Notes: a model not told the origin generated them from the letters alone. A stretch of DNA of 64,000 bases from Myxococcales bacterium (GCA_047601445.1 JASGJH010000001.1:5024001-5088000); one strand, 5' to 3'. Shown: positions 39,151-50,185, numbered from the stretch's first letter. Made by a program: numbers and translations.

Positions 39151-40155
39151 TCAGCCGCCCTGGGCCCGGAACTCGGTGGGTGAGCTGCCGGTCCAACGTC
39201 GAAAGGCGCGCGCGAAGGAGCTCGCGTCCTCGAAGCCGAGCAAGAAGGCCACCTCGGTGATCGACCAGCGCGGCTCGCGCAGATAGGCGCAGGCCACCTC
39301 GCGGCGCGTCTCGTTCAACACCTCCGCGAACGTGGTGCCATGCTTGGCCAGATGCCGCTGCAGGCTGCGTTCGCTGACCCCGAGCGCGCGCGCGACGCGT
39401 CCCGGCGAGATCTCTCCGGAGAGGTCGCTGGCGATGGCGCCACGCACGCGGTCCACGAGGTTGCCCTGGGTCACCTCGGCCAACGAGCGACGCACCAGGT
39501 CATCGTTGTGACGTGCCAGTTCGGGGTTCGCGCTGGGCAAGGGTCGGTCGAGCGCTGCGGCAGAAAAGGTGATGGCGTTGGATTCGGCGGCGAAGCGCAG
39601 CGGACAGCGGAAAAAGCGCTCATAGGGCGCGAGATCGCGCGGCACGGGGCGTCTTTGCTCGACCCAATCCGGGCTAAACGAGCGATCGGTCAGGGTCCGG
39701 CAGGTCCGCACGATCAGGGACATGATGGCGTCGATGCCCTCGGGCGCCGAGGCCCCTTGCTCGCTCGGGATGTGAAACACCAGACGGGCGCTGTCTTCGC
39801 TGGCGACCAGCTCGAGCGTCGCGCCGTCGCCGATCAGGGCGCTGTAGCGGACCAAACGATGCAGCCCCTCACGCAGCGTGACGCTGGCCATCACGGCATA
39901 GCCGAGAGCGTGGAACGTCGTGGGCCGCACGTGGCCCGAGATCCTGAGCCCGCAAGCCGGATCGGAGAAGGCCAGGGCCGCCGCACGCCACAGCACCTGG
40001 GTCGCGGCCAACGGGTGACGCGCGTTGGGGTCGCTGAAGTCGCTGGTCCGAAAGCCTGCGTGCTCGAGCACGGGTTCGCTCGGGATGCCTGCGGCCTCGA
40101 GTGCGTCGATGATGATTCTGGTCCAGCTCGAGATGACTGAAGGCGCCCGATCCAT
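39151..40155 (-). CDS. AraC family transcriptional regulator (OruR/Arabinose_bd_2 type)
   Basis: DPNAR, HALGYA, C-terminal SERSLQRHL and EVAFLLGFEDASSFARAFRRWTG. Confidence 0.92.
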   Translation of the reverse strand: MDRAPSVISSWTRIIIDALEAAGIPSEPVLEHAGFRTSDFSDPNARHPLAATQVLWRAAALAFSDPACGLRISGHVRPTTFHALGYAVMASVTLREGLHRLVRYSALIGDGATLELVASEDSARLVFHIPSEQGASAPEGIDAIMSLIVRTCRTLTDRSFSPDWVEQRRPVPRDLAPYERFFRCPLRFAAESNAITFSAAALDRPLPSANPELARHNDDLVRRSLAEVTQGNLVDRVRGAIASDLSGEISPGRVARALGVSERSLQRHLAKHGTTFAEVLNETRREVACAYLREPRWSITEVAFLLGFEDASSFARAFRRWTGSSPTEFRAQGG

Positions 40156-40199
40156 TCCGACGCCTCATGGTGGCACTAAAACCGGGTACGCGAAACCCG

Positions 40200-42230
40200 T
40201 CAGCGCGCCGCCGCGCTCAGCTCGGGCCGCGGACAGCCAGCGCTGCGCGCGATCTGCGTGAACCAGGCCTGCAGTGCGCGCTCGAGCGCTTGGGTTCGTG
40301 CCGGCTCTCGATGGGCCAGGTTGCGTTGCGCGCCGCGGTCGTGGCGCAGATCGTAGAGCTCCGTCACGCCGGTACCGCGATGCAAGATCAGCTGATGGTC
40401 GCCCTGGATCACCGACACCTTGCTCGGGTAACCCAGCGACGTCTCCAACTGATCCGCGCGCTGCTCGGCCTCCTCGCGGCCAGGCGGGTCCCCGGTGGCA
40501 TAGCGCGACAGGGTGCCGAGCGGCGTCGGGAACTCTTCGCTCACCACGGCGCGGTCCGGGCGAGGCTCCTGCGAGAGAAGTGAGATCCCGTCCAGCGGCA
40601 GCTGGGCAGGCTGCGCGAGGAACTCGAACGCGGTCGCGGCGAGGTCCGTGAGCTGCACTGGGCCCTCGAGCACGCGCGGCCCCTGCCCCGGTACATGCAC
40701 GCCGAAAGGCACCTCGATCAACCACGGATACAGCTGAAAATGATGAAAATCCTGGCCGTGCTCACCGAAGGCTTCCCCGTGATCCGCGATCACGAAGATC
40801 AAGCTGTCGTCGTACCAGCCGCCCTGGCGCAGCTCGGAGAGCAACGTACCGAGCTCGCGATCCACGTAGGCCAGCTCCGAGCGGTAGCGCTGACGTGGGG
40901 CCGAACCGAGTCCGAACTCGCGATGTTCCAGGTAGGGCTCATGGGGCTCCAGATAGTGCACCCACAGCACATGATCCTGATCGCGCGCGCGCAGCTCCCG
41001 TAGCTTGGCGATGGCGAGCCGCGTCTGCGCCGCCGCGTCCGCGCCCGAGATGCGCTGGGCGCCTTGCACCACATAGTGCTCCACCGGCTCGCGCTTGAAG
41101 TAGGTGCCCGCGGGCAGCACCGCCACACGCGCGTGGGAGCGCTGGAACGCCGAACCGAGGATGGAGGGTGGCGCCGGCGACTGCATCATCAGTCGACTCG
41201 GGAGAAGTCCGGTGAACGTGGCACTCACGGACATCAACGTCGCAGGGTAGGCGCTGTAGGCGTGCTGACTGGTCCACGCTTCACGCAAGAATCGCGAGAG
41301 CTCGGGCATCAACGGGCGCCCCTGGTGCACCAAGGCGGCATCGTCGGTGCGCAGGCTGTCGATGGAGATCACGATCACGTTCTTGCGCTGCTGCTGCGTG
41401 AGCCCAAGCGCGCGCGGGGGCGGAGAGGCGACCGCACACTGGAGGGGGCCGCCTTCACGCAGCGTCGCCAGCAAACTCGGAGCATCGCTGCGGAGGTTCA
41501 GGTGCATGTCGAGGTGGCTCAAGGTCGAAGACGCACGATGGAGCTCGGCTCGACCCCGCTCCGCGTAATCCGGCAACCAAAGCCCCAGCAGTCCCACGCC
41601 CACGAGCGACGCGCTCAGCGCGCCCCCGACCCTGCGCACGATCTTCGTATGCGACGCGAGCACACTGCCCGTGAACACCACCAAGATCACGGCCGCTGCC
41701 CCGTAACAAAAGGGGACCAGGCCCGCCTGGCTGAAGCCGATGGTCGCGTCGACCAGGAACAGGACCCAGAGGACGCCCAGCGCCCTCACGTGTTGCACGC
41801 GCGAGAGCAGTGCGGCGCGCTGGTAGCGCCAACAGAAGATCACGAGCCCAGCCAGCGAGGCGCCACTCACCAGCAGCGTAACCGGAGGTGCCACCCCGCG
41901 ACGCGTCAGCGCATCGGCGTGAGATAGGTAAAGCGAAGCAGGCCATGCCTTGATGGCGGCGAACGCGAGCAGTCCGCTGCCCACCAGGCGCGCGCCGCGC
42001 TGGCGCGTGCGCGCGTCCAACCAGGCGAGCAGGCACAGGAACACCGCGACGAAGCAGCCCATGCGCAGGGCTTGATCGGCCAAGTACATGAGCTCGGCCA
42101 CGCCCAACCCGCGCCGCAGGGCCAGCGTCCCGCGGGCCACGAGCAGGGCGAACGACAACGGGAGCGCCCACAGCGCCCGCTCGACCTTACTGTGCACCGC
42201 CGAAACCACGAGCGCCGCAGCATGGCGCAA
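40200..42230 (-). CDS. Membrane-anchored sulfatase-like / alkaline-phosphatase superfamily protein
   Basis: N-terminal TMs; NVIVISIDSLR, WVHYLEPHEPY, ADHGEAFGEH. No CxPxR motif; Thr at the nucleophile position. Confidence 0.8.
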   Translation of the reverse strand: MRHAAALVVSAVHSKVERALWALPLSFALLVARGTLALRRGLGVAELMYLADQALRMGCFVAVFLCLLAWLDARTRQRGARLVGSGLLAFAAIKAWPASLYLSHADALTRRGVAPPVTLLVSGASLAGLVIFCWRYQRAALLSRVQHVRALGVLWVLFLVDATIGFSQAGLVPFCYGAAAVILVVFTGSVLASHTKIVRRVGGALSASLVGVGLLGLWLPDYAERGRAELHRASSTLSHLDMHLNLRSDAPSLLATLREGGPLQCAVASPPPRALGLTQQQRKNVIVISIDSLRTDDAALVHQGRPLMPELSRFLREAWTSQHAYSAYPATLMSVSATFTGLLPSRLMMQSPAPPSILGSAFQRSHARVAVLPAGTYFKREPVEHYVVQGAQRISGADAAAQTRLAIAKLRELRARDQDHVLWVHYLEPHEPYLEHREFGLGSAPRQRYRSELAYVDRELGTLLSELRQGGWYDDSLIFVIADHGEAFGEHGQDFHHFQLYPWLIEVPFGVHVPGQGPRVLEGPVQLTDLAATAFEFLAQPAQLPLDGISLLSQEPRPDRAVVSEEFPTPLGTLSRYATGDPPGREEAEQRADQLETSLGYPSKVSVIQGDHQLILHRGTGVTELYDLRHDRGAQRNLAHREPARTQALERALQAWFTQIARSAGCPRPELSAAAR

Positions 42231-42314
42231 AGCCCGGGTGCCTGCACCTTACACGCGAGCCTCGCACGAACATGCTCCGAGAGCGGGCTTCACCGGGCGC
42301 CGCGAACGTACTGA

Positions 42315-43539
42315 CTATTTGGTGGCGGCGAGCTTGCGCACATAGGCGGCCAGGGGCGCGAAATCGGCCTCCGGGATGATGCCCTCCCACTTGGGCATGC
42401 GTGTGCCCGGCTTGATGGAAGGGGCGTTCTTGATCCATGCGATCAGAGACGCATCGTCGGGATAATGCTTCGAAGCCTGCCGCAGATCGGCGTTGCCCAC
42501 GCCGTCGTCTCCATGGCAGCCGTAGCAGGCATGCTTGTAATACAGCTGCTTTCCAGGCTCCGACGCATCGACCATGGGCACGGGCGGTTGTGCGCGCACG
42601 ACCGGGTTGTGCTGCTTGGGGAGCGTCTTCAAGTAGGCGTACATCGCCCCAAGCTCGCCCTCCTCGAATCTCGGGCATCGCTCCCATCGGAAACAGCACT
42701 GCCTTGCCCTTGGGGGTGACGCCCTCGCGCACGGCCCGCACGAAATCGGCTTCCGACCAGCTGCCGATGCCCGTCTCGTCGAAGGTCAGGTTGGCGGAGG
42801 GCACCACACGTCCGGCGAGATCGAGCGTGGGATTTCCCCCGCCCATGAAGCCCGGCGTCTTCTCGGGCTCCATCGGGTTGATGGTCTTGAAGTCGGCGGA
42901 GTGGCAGGTCCAGCACTCGAAGTTCACCACCAAGTAGCGGCCGAGCGCGACCTTGTCGGCCGGATTCGGCAGCGGGATCTTGCGTTCCGGATAGGGCAAC
43001 GGCTTCCAGGCCACATTGGCGAGTAGCTTCGTGAGCAGGCTCGGCGCAGTCTGCCCGGGCGGATCAACCGCGGCGGCTTCCACCAGCGGACTGTCGGAGC
43101 GCAGGAACGCGATGATGGCGTAGAGATCCTCGTCGGCCAGGTGCGGGAGCTTGGCCATGTAAGGAGGGATGTAGCGGCCGTCGCGGGCGATGCCGGTGCG
43201 CAAGAGGTACGCGAGCTCGCCGTCGGTCCAGCTGCCGATGCCTTTCTCCGCGTGCTTGGTGATGTTGCGCGAATAGATGGGCCCGAACTGCTCGGGTGCC
43301 TCCTGCATGCGCTTGCCCGTGAGCTGCTTGGTGCTCGGATTCATGTGGCACTCGGCACACAGGATCTTGGCGAAGCGCTCGCCGCGCGCGACACGCTCGG
43401 GTGTGACCTCCACCTTCAGGTCGATCCGCTTGGCCTCGTAATGAGGAATTCCCCGGCTGGCCACGACAACAAGGCCTGCTGCGAGTAATAGAACGAGGGC
43501 GCCGAGCCCCCACCCGACGAACCGAAGCGCGCGTTTCAT
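42315..43539 (-). CDS. Triheme c-type cytochrome; apparent +1 frameshift at ~42667
   Basis: CAECH, CWTCH and CYGCH; NIT..GIGSW motifs. Deleting one base joins ...MPEIEEGELGAMYAYL. Confidence 0.85.
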
Positions 43540-43604
43540 GGCCGCTAGTAACGTCAGAACTCGTGCAGGTTCGCAAGAAAAACCCATTACTATTGAGCAG
43601 ACAT

Positions 43605-44753
43605 ATGCGCGCCCGCTACCTTTTCGAGACGCCGGAACACGAGGCCCTGCGCGAGCAGGTCCGCAAGTTCGCCAAAGCTCAAATCGCGCCGCACGCGCAG
43701 CGCTGGGAAGAGGCGGAAGAGTTTCCTCGCGAGCTCTATGCACAGGCCGCGCACGCGGGCCTGACGGGCATCGGATACCCGGAAGCCTACGGGGGCAGCG
43801 GAGGTGACTTCTCACACATGATGGTGGCCTCGGAAGAGCTGATCCTGGCAGGTCAGTCAGTGGGAACAGCGGTCGGACTCGGCAGTCATGCCATCGCGCT
43901 GCCTCCCATCTTGAAGCTCGGTTCCGAGGCGCAAAAGCAGCGTTTCGTGCGACCCGTGATGGAGGGCAAGGCGATCGCGGCGCTGGGCATCACCGAGCCG
44001 GGTGCCGGCAGCGATGTCGCGTCGCTCACCACGCGCGCCCAACGAGACGGGGACGACTACGTGGTGAATGGCGCCAAGATGTTCATCACGTCGGGCATGC
44101 GCGCCGACTTCGTGACCACCGCCGTGCGCACGGGCGGCCCCAAGCACGCTGGCGTGAGCATGCTGGTCATCGAGCGTGGCAGCGAAGGCTTCGAGTCCTC
44201 GAAGAAGCTGCTCAAGACCGGCTGGCGTGCCAGCGACACCGCAGAGCTCTCCTTTCAAGACTGCCGCGTCCCGGCCACCAACCTGGTCGGCCCGGAGAAC
44301 ATGGGCTTCATGGCGATCATGCTCAATTTCATGGGCGAACGCGTGATGCTGGCGGCTCAGTGCGTGGCCATCGCGCAGCTCTGTTACGACACCTCGGTGA
44401 GCTATGCCCGCGAACGCAGGGCCTTCGACAAGTCGCTCTCGGGCTTTCAGGTAATCCGACACAAGCTCGCCGACATGGCCACGCGCATCGCGGCTGCCCG
44501 CGCGCTCACCGGCGAAACCATCACACGGCTCGTGCGCGGCGAGAACGACGCAGGCCTCGCGGCCATGGCCAAGAACACAGCCAGCGACATGCTCATGTTC
44601 GTGGCCTACGAGGCCACGCAGATCCACGGCGGCTACGGGTACATGCGGGAAACCCTGGTGGAGCGGCTGTGGCGCGACGCCCGGCTGTATCCCATCGGCG
44701 GCGGCACGCGCGAGATCATGAACGAAGTGATCTCGAAGACCGAAGGCTACTGA
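43605..44753 (+). CDS. Acyl-CoA dehydrogenase
   Basis: GITEPGAGSD, NGAKMFITSG, QIHGGYGY, IGGGTREIM. Confidence 0.95.
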   Translation: MRARYLFETPEHEALREQVRKFAKAQIAPHAQRWEEAEEFPRELYAQAAHAGLTGIGYPEAYGGSGGDFSHMMVASEELILAGQSVGTAVGLGSHAIALPPILKLGSEAQKQRFVRPVMEGKAIAALGITEPGAGSDVASLTTRAQRDGDDYVVNGAKMFITSGMRADFVTTAVRTGGPKHAGVSMLVIERGSEGFESSKKLLKTGWRASDTAELSFQDCRVPATNLVGPENMGFMAIMLNFMGERVMLAAQCVAIAQLCYDTSVSYARERRAFDKSLSGFQVIRHKLADMATRIAAARALTGETITRLVRGENDAGLAAMAKNTASDMLMFVAYEATQIHGGYGYMRETLVERLWRDARLYPIGGGTREIMNEVISKTEGY

Positions 44754-44896
44754 CGCGCGCAACAAGAGCTGAACGGCTTAGAACGGGCCATCACCACCCG
44801 TGAAATGAGACGCCGTGGCCACCGCGTGGGCGTAGGCGACGGCCGTAAACGTGGCCGCGCTCGCGAGCGCACCGGTGATAGAGAACGGGGACGGAC

Positions 44897-44960
44897 GCTC
44901 ACGCACGCCGTCGCAGTTCAAGTCAAAGTCCGCGTCGCCGACCAGGTCAAGGTCCACGGG
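44897..44960. repeat. Hexamer-periodic intergenic repeat (copy 2)
   Basis: GCTCACGCACGCCGTCGCAGTTCAAGTCAAAGTCCGCGTCGCCGACCAGGTC is nearly the same as 2314-2365. Confidence 0.7.
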
Positions 44961-45025
44961 CAGGCTTCAGATCACACGCCAACGCAACGGATCGCGAGCG
45001 AGGGGCAGGTCTTGACCTTCCGTTC

Positions 45026-45631
45026 CTAGCTACGCTTGGCCCAGTCCAGCGCCTGCTCGAGCCGATCGTTGCCCCAGAACATCTCGCCCCCGGCGAAGAA
45101 CATCGGAGCACCGAAGATGCCCAGCTGGCTGGCGCGCTCCGTCTGCTCACGCAGGCGTAGCTTGTTGGCCTCGGACTGGGCCTCGGCGAGCAGCTCGTCT
45201 GCGGGCAAATCGAGTCGCTCCAAGATGGCGCGCACCGCGGGCTCGCCGGAGATGTCTTCGTCGCGCGCGAAGGCAGCCAGCATGACTTCGCGGCAAAAAG
45301 CGCCCATCCACGGCTGCTCGGCGCCCAGCAGCGCCACGCGCATGGGCAGCACAGTGAGCCGCGGGAACTCGGAAGGCTTCTTCCAGGCGAGGCCATGGAG
45401 CTGGCACTGGCGCTCGAGGTCGCGCCACATGTACTCGCCCTTGGCCTTTTGCTCGTTGAATGGGGAGTTCTTGAAGCCCAGCGTCTTGAAGATGGGCCCG
45501 AGCAGGAACGGCTTGTAGTGGAGCGTCACCTCGCGCACCGCGGCCAGCGCCTCGATACGCATGACGCTCAGGTAGCTGTAGGTGCTGCCGAACTCGAACC
45601 AGAACTCGATCGTGGGTTGGCCAGCTTGCAT
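45026..45631 (-). CDS. 2-hydroxychromene-2-carboxylate isomerase / DsbA (kappa-GST) family
   Basis: IEFWFEFGSTYSYL, YMWRDLERQC, GIFGAP, FWGNDRL. Confidence 0.9.
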   Translation of the reverse strand: MQAGQPTIEFWFEFGSTYSYLSVMRIEALAAVREVTLHYKPFLLGPIFKTLGFKNSPFNEQKAKGEYMWRDLERQCQLHGLAWKKPSEFPRLTVLPMRVALLGAEQPWMGAFCREVMLAAFARDEDISGEPAVRAILERLDLPADELLAEAQSEANKLRLREQTERASQLGIFGAPMFFAGGEMFWGNDRLEQALDWAKRS

Positions 45632-45633
45632 GC

Positions 45634-46458
45634 TCAATTTCCCAGGCTGAAGACGTCGATTTCGTAGGTCCGGTTGCGCGGTCCCACCACCGTGACCCGG
45701 ATCTCGGTGGCCGAGATTCGCCCGAAGGTCATGGTTACTTCCTTGTCGCTCGGAGTGGTGAGGCGATAGCGACCGGCCTGGGGCACCGGATCCTGGGCCC
45801 GCGCCTGCACGTGCTCCACATCGAGCTTCCAGGTGTCGCCCTCCTGGATGAACCACTCTCGGGTGCCGTTGATTTCGATGCCGCCCCCGGTGCCACCCGT
45901 GAGGCTCGGCGTCTGGTCCAACAGCGTCTGCGTGATCGCGCCGCTCATGTCGAGCGTGCCCGGCTGGTCCGTGCTGGTCGCCGTGATGTGATAGCTGACG
46001 TGACGCGTCGCATCCGCGCCGGTCCAGGTCACGTCGGCGCTGCCGTCCACCGTGGTCGTGCCGTTGCTCAGGCCCAACCACTCGTGGTGCACCTGAAGCA
46101 TCCCGCTCGCCGCCTCCACCGTGTACTGCACCACGCCCGCGTAGGTATGGCCGCGATAGGTGCATGCGTCATCGAGGCCGCCGAAGTCGACGGTAATGGT
46201 GGTGCCCAACAGGCTCACGTTGGAGCAGGGAATCTGCGAGACCGCAAAGCTCCGCAGCTGCTCGGCGGCCTGCTCCACCGCCTTGCCGAGCGTGAACTGT
46301 GTGGAGATCTCGATCACGTCGTAGCCGAGGGTCTCGGCCGACGTGGCCAGGGTGATGGAATCGACGGCGTCCTGGGCCTCGTCGCGGGTCAACGCGGGAT
46401 CGAGGCAACTCGACAGGGCAGTCAGGGCGCACAGCACGGGAGCGAAGGCTTTCTTCAT
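45634..46458 (-). CDS. Hypothetical lipoprotein
   Basis: MKK...LSSC lipobox; VDFG...C..RG...G beta-rich domain. Confidence 0.75.
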   Translation of the reverse strand: MKKAFAPVLCALTALSSCLDPALTRDEAQDAVDSITLATSAETLGYDVIEISTQFTLGKAVEQAAEQLRSFAVSQIPCSNVSLLGTTITVDFGGLDDACTYRGHTYAGVVQYTVEAASGMLQVHHEWLGLSNGTTTVDGSADVTWTGADATRHVSYHITATSTDQPGTLDMSGAITQTLLDQTPSLTGGTGGGIEINGTREWFIQEGDTWKLDVEHVQARAQDPVPQAGRYRLTTPSDKEVTMTFGRISATEIRVTVVGPRNRTYEIDVFSLGN

Positions 46459-46647
46459 GGCGGGCCTCTCTAAGACGACTGCGGTAGCGCAGGGCATTCC
46501 AGCATCGCGTGGGCCGCGACACAAGTTCGGGCGCGCAAGAGGAGGACTACGGCGGGCGCACATCGTGAGCGAAGCGAACCTCGCGCTGGGGTGGGTCCCA
46601 GCGCGGCTTTGCCGCGATGGGCGGGGAGGGCGCGTGCCCTCCCCGTG

Positions 46648-48463
46648 TCAAGAACCGAGGTCCTCCCGACAGATGCTCAGTCCGGATCCGGCCGCCACGC
46701 ACTCGCAGGCGGTGGTGCTGTCCTGACAGGCGCGGGCGCAGCGCTTGAGGTCGCGGGTCGTCTCGTGGAGGCAGAGCGCCCCCTGGCCACACTGCGTGGT
46801 GTCCTCGCAGTTGGAGCCGGCTGGTCGGGGGCCGTCCAGAGTGCAGCGCGGAGCGGTCTCTCCACTCGGCAAGACGCGCGGGCGGCAGCTCATGTCGGGC
46901 GGACACTCCTTGCCCCCGAACACACATGGACAGCGACCACCGACGCAGCCCTGCCACGCGCGCCGCAGCGCCAGCGAGTGTTGCATGAGGCGCACCTGGT
47001 CACGCGTAAACCGGCTGCGACAGGCCGTGTAGTAACTCATCAGGTTGGTGGCATCCGGCTGGTCACCGCCGCGGCACATCGTCTCGCATGCGGCGTCGTA
47101 GCTGCACAGCTCGGGCCCCGGGTCGAACGGGGTGTCGCACAGTCCGTCTCCTTCGACGCGACACATGGCGCCACAGGCGACGGCCGCGCTCTGCGCTGAG
47201 GCGAGGGCCACGTCCGCCAGCGGTCGCTCGTCGGCATGGGTGTGACATAGCCCCAAGAAATGCCCTATTTCATGGGCCACTGTGGTGGGTGCGCGCGCCT
47301 TGGCCACCACCACCATGCCCACCTCGGGACCCGCCCGCTGCTGCATGCCTCCGCAGGTCCCATTGGGCAGCGTCGACAGGCCGAACTTGGGGGTCCCGCC
47401 GCCCACCGAGACCTGGTCGGTGAAGAGCAACGGGATATAGAATTCGTCGCGCTGTGGATGCAGGCGCGCGTCCCCCACCAGCGGAGAGATCTCCTTGTCC
47501 TGCACGTCCAGCAAGCGCGAGTCCGCGATTCTCGATCACCTGGTCGAGTTCGAAAGTGAGCGTGGTCTCTTCTTCGCTCCCCGCGAACGCCCGGTTCACA
47601 CGCGCGATCTCGGCGTCCAGATCCTCCCGCGCATAGCTCGACTCGCCCTTCTCGTTGGTGGCCACGAACGCCACGATCGGAACCGGCCCGCAGTCGAGGC
47701 CCTCGTCCAGCTTGCCGTCACTGTCCTCATCACGACCATCGCACTCGCCCTCCCCGGCCCCCGTCTCGGCGCAGCCGCACGGTCCACAGCCTGCGAGCGG
47801 CGGCGGCTCCACGCGCAGACAGCTCGGCTCGCGCGCTCCTGGCAAGCTCAGACATTGAGCCCGCAAGTCACCGCATTCGACGCGCTCGACGCGCCCTTCC
47901 CGGCACGTCACGAGCGTGTCTTTCTCGCAGCGCGCAGCTCCCTTGCAGCGCATCTCCGCCGGAATGAAGGGCACGCACTGGGCGCCCTCCTCGCCGATCG
48001 CGCAGCTCATGCCCTTGGCAGCACAGTCCACGCGTTGGGTGCGTCCGGCCTGACACAGCACGACCGTCTGGCCATCGCAGCGCCCCTCGGCGGGTTCCTG
48101 ACAAGGTGTCTCGGCGGGCGTCTCGCAGCTGCCCTCGCGGCACAAGTGATCACCGCACTCTTCCACGCGCTCCTCGAGTTCGTCGCAGCTCGAAGCGGAC
48201 CAAACGTCCCCCTGATGACAGCGCATGAGCGCCCCCGGTCGACAGCCGGCGTCGTCCGCCCGAGACGCAGGGCGCGCGGGCGGCGCGGATCCTCGCGTGG
48301 GCGCCGCCGCATCCGTCGGCTCCGGAGCAGCCAGCGTCTCGGGCGCAGGCAGTGCGCGATGTCGGCCGCTCGACTTAAAGGCCAGGAAGCCCAGCAAAAC
48401 CAGGCCGAGCACCAGGGCAATGCCCCACCCCACGCGACGCCGCGCGCCCGGACCCGGGCTCAC
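46648..48463 (-). CDS. M43 (pappalysin/ulilysin-like) zinc metalloprotease with Cys-rich repeats; apparent +1 frameshift at ~47529; start uncertain
   Basis: HEIGHFLGLCH, DGLCDTP, NLMSY Met-turn. Deleting one base joins ...DQVIEIADSRLLDVQD. Confidence 0.8.
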
Positions 48464-48712
48464 GCTGACCGACTCCGGCTTGCTCGCGCGTGCCCCGGTG
48501 TGCGCGAGCCGCGCTCCGAGTGGGAGCTCGCGGTAGCGCCCTGTAGCCCGCCCCGTCCTGCCCAACTGCTAGCCCGCACTGATCTGGGCATGCCGCGCCG
48601 AAGGCCCTCCCGCAATGCGCTTCAACCTCGTCTTCGTGGGGGGCACGCGCCCTCCCGCCCCAGCGCGGTCAAAGGCCCTCTGGGACCCACGAAGTAGGTC
48701 ACGAACCTAGCT

Positions 48713-48727
48713 GCGCAAAACCTGCAC
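48713..48727. promoter_or_regulatory. Putative autoregulatory activator-binding site
   Basis: GCGCA-AAACC-TGCAC, a variant of the GTGCA-N5-TGCAC motif. Confidence 0.4.
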
Positions 48728-48784
48728 CGCCCCCCTGCGCCGCCCTTTACATCCCTATCGGTCGGCGTATTCTCCCTCTTGATC

Positions 48785-50185
48785 ATGGAGCCACCCAAGG
48801 GGTCGGTGCTGCTCGTTGAGCCCAACCCAGCCGCGTCTGCGCCCCTGGCTCTCTTGCTCGAACAGCAAGGCTATCTCGTCCATACGGCCGACTCCGCCCA
48901 GGCCGCCTTGGGAGCAGCGCTCCAAATCGCGCCCGACGTGTTGATGGCCGCGTTGTGCCTGGAAGATCAGGAGCCGGGCCTGTTCGAGCGGCTGCGCGAC
49001 GAGCTGCCCCAGACCTCCATCGTGGCGCTCGGCGAAGCCGAAGGTGATCTCGAGCGCGCCCTGCGCCGCGGCGCCGACCGCTATCTGGTGCGCCCGGTCC
49101 GAGAGCGTGCCTTGGCCATGGTGCTTCAGCGCGCCATGGAGAAGCCGGAGCTGTCCCGCAAGCTCGCCGCCGCCGAGGCGCGTCCTCCCCAATACCAGGA
49201 GGAGCGTCCGAGTTTCGAAGGCATCATCGGTGCCCACCCGACCATGCAGCTGCTGTTCAACCGTGTGATCCAGGCGGCCCGCAGCAAGGCCACCGTGCTG
49301 ATCCACGGTGAGACGGGCACGGGCAAAGAGCTCATCGCGTCCGCGGTCCACAAGAACAGCAAGCGCCGGGAGGGCCCGTTCGTGCGGCTCAACTGCGCGG
49401 CGTTGGCCGAGGGCGTGCTCGAGTCCGAGTTGTTCGGGCACGAGAAGGGCTCCTTCACGGGGGCCCAGGGCACGCGCAAGGGGCGCTTCGAGCAGGGCGA
49501 CGGCGGGACGCTGTTCCTCGACGAGATCAGCGAGATTCCCCCGGGCGTCCAGGTGAAGCTGCTGCGCTTCCTTCAAGAGCGTGAGTTCGAGCGGGTGGGA
49601 GGCAACGAGACCATTCGGGTGGATGTGCGCGTGGTGGCCGCCACCAACCGGGACCTGCGCGTGATGGTCGAGGACGGCAAGTTCCGCGAGGACCTGTATT
49701 ACAGGCTCAACGTGGTGCGCATCGATGTCCCCTCCCTGCGCGCTCGGCCCAGCGACATCACGCTGCTGGCCGACCACTTCCTGATGCGCTTCGCCGAAGA
49801 AAACGAGGCCGACGTGCAGGGCTTCTCGGAGGCCGCGCTGAAGCTGATGCTGGACTACCCGTGGCCGGGAAATGTCCGCGAGCTGATGAATGTCGTGGAG
49901 CAGGCCGTGGTCCTTGCGGGTGGTCCGCTCGTGGAGGCGAGCGAGCTCCCGATCCGGCCCGTGCACAAGCCGCAGGACGCGCTGCCGCTCATGGTCCCGG
50001 GCGTCACGTTGGCCGAGGTCGAGCGCTACGTGATCACCAAAACTCTCGAATCCGTCGATGGATCACGCAACAAGGCCGCCGAAATCCTGGGCATCAGCAG
50101 GCGCACCTTGCAATATCGCCTGCAGGAATGGGGAATCGAGCCGCGCCGCTTCACGTCGACCGCGCGCAAAGAGGGCGCTGATTGA
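48785..50185 (+). CDS. NtrC/AtoC-like sigma54-dependent activator with degenerate receiver domain
   Basis: GETGTGKE, GSFTGA, FLDEISE, WPGNVREL, HTH. Receiver reads PDVLMAAL, with no phospho-Asp. Confidence 0.92.
   Translation: MEPPKGSVLLVEPNPAASAPLALLLEQQGYLVHTADSAQAALGAALQIAPDVLMAALCLEDQEPGLFERLRDELPQTSIVALGEAEGDLERALRRGADRYLVRPVRERALAMVLQRAMEKPELSRKLAAAEARPPQYQEERPSFEGIIGAHPTMQLLFNRVIQAARSKATVLIHGETGTGKELIASAVHKNSKRREGPFVRLNCAALAEGVLESELFGHEKGSFTGAQGTRKGRFEQGDGGTLFLDEISEIPPGVQVKLLRFLQEREFERVGGNETIRVDVRVVAATNRDLRVMVEDGKFREDLYYRLNVVRIDVPSLRARPSDITLLADHFLMRFAEENEADVQGFSEAALKLMLDYPWPGNVRELMNVVEQAVVLAGGPLVEASELPIRPVHKPQDALPLMVPGVTLAEVERYVITKTLESVDGSRNKAAEILGISRRTLQYRLQEWGIEPRRFTSTARKEGAD

Noticed and set aside
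46486..46501. Possible sigma54 promoter (minus strand TGGAATGCCCTGCGCT) for the lipoprotein gene
   Set aside because: GG/GC spacing is right, but the match is otherwise weak for a GC-rich genome.
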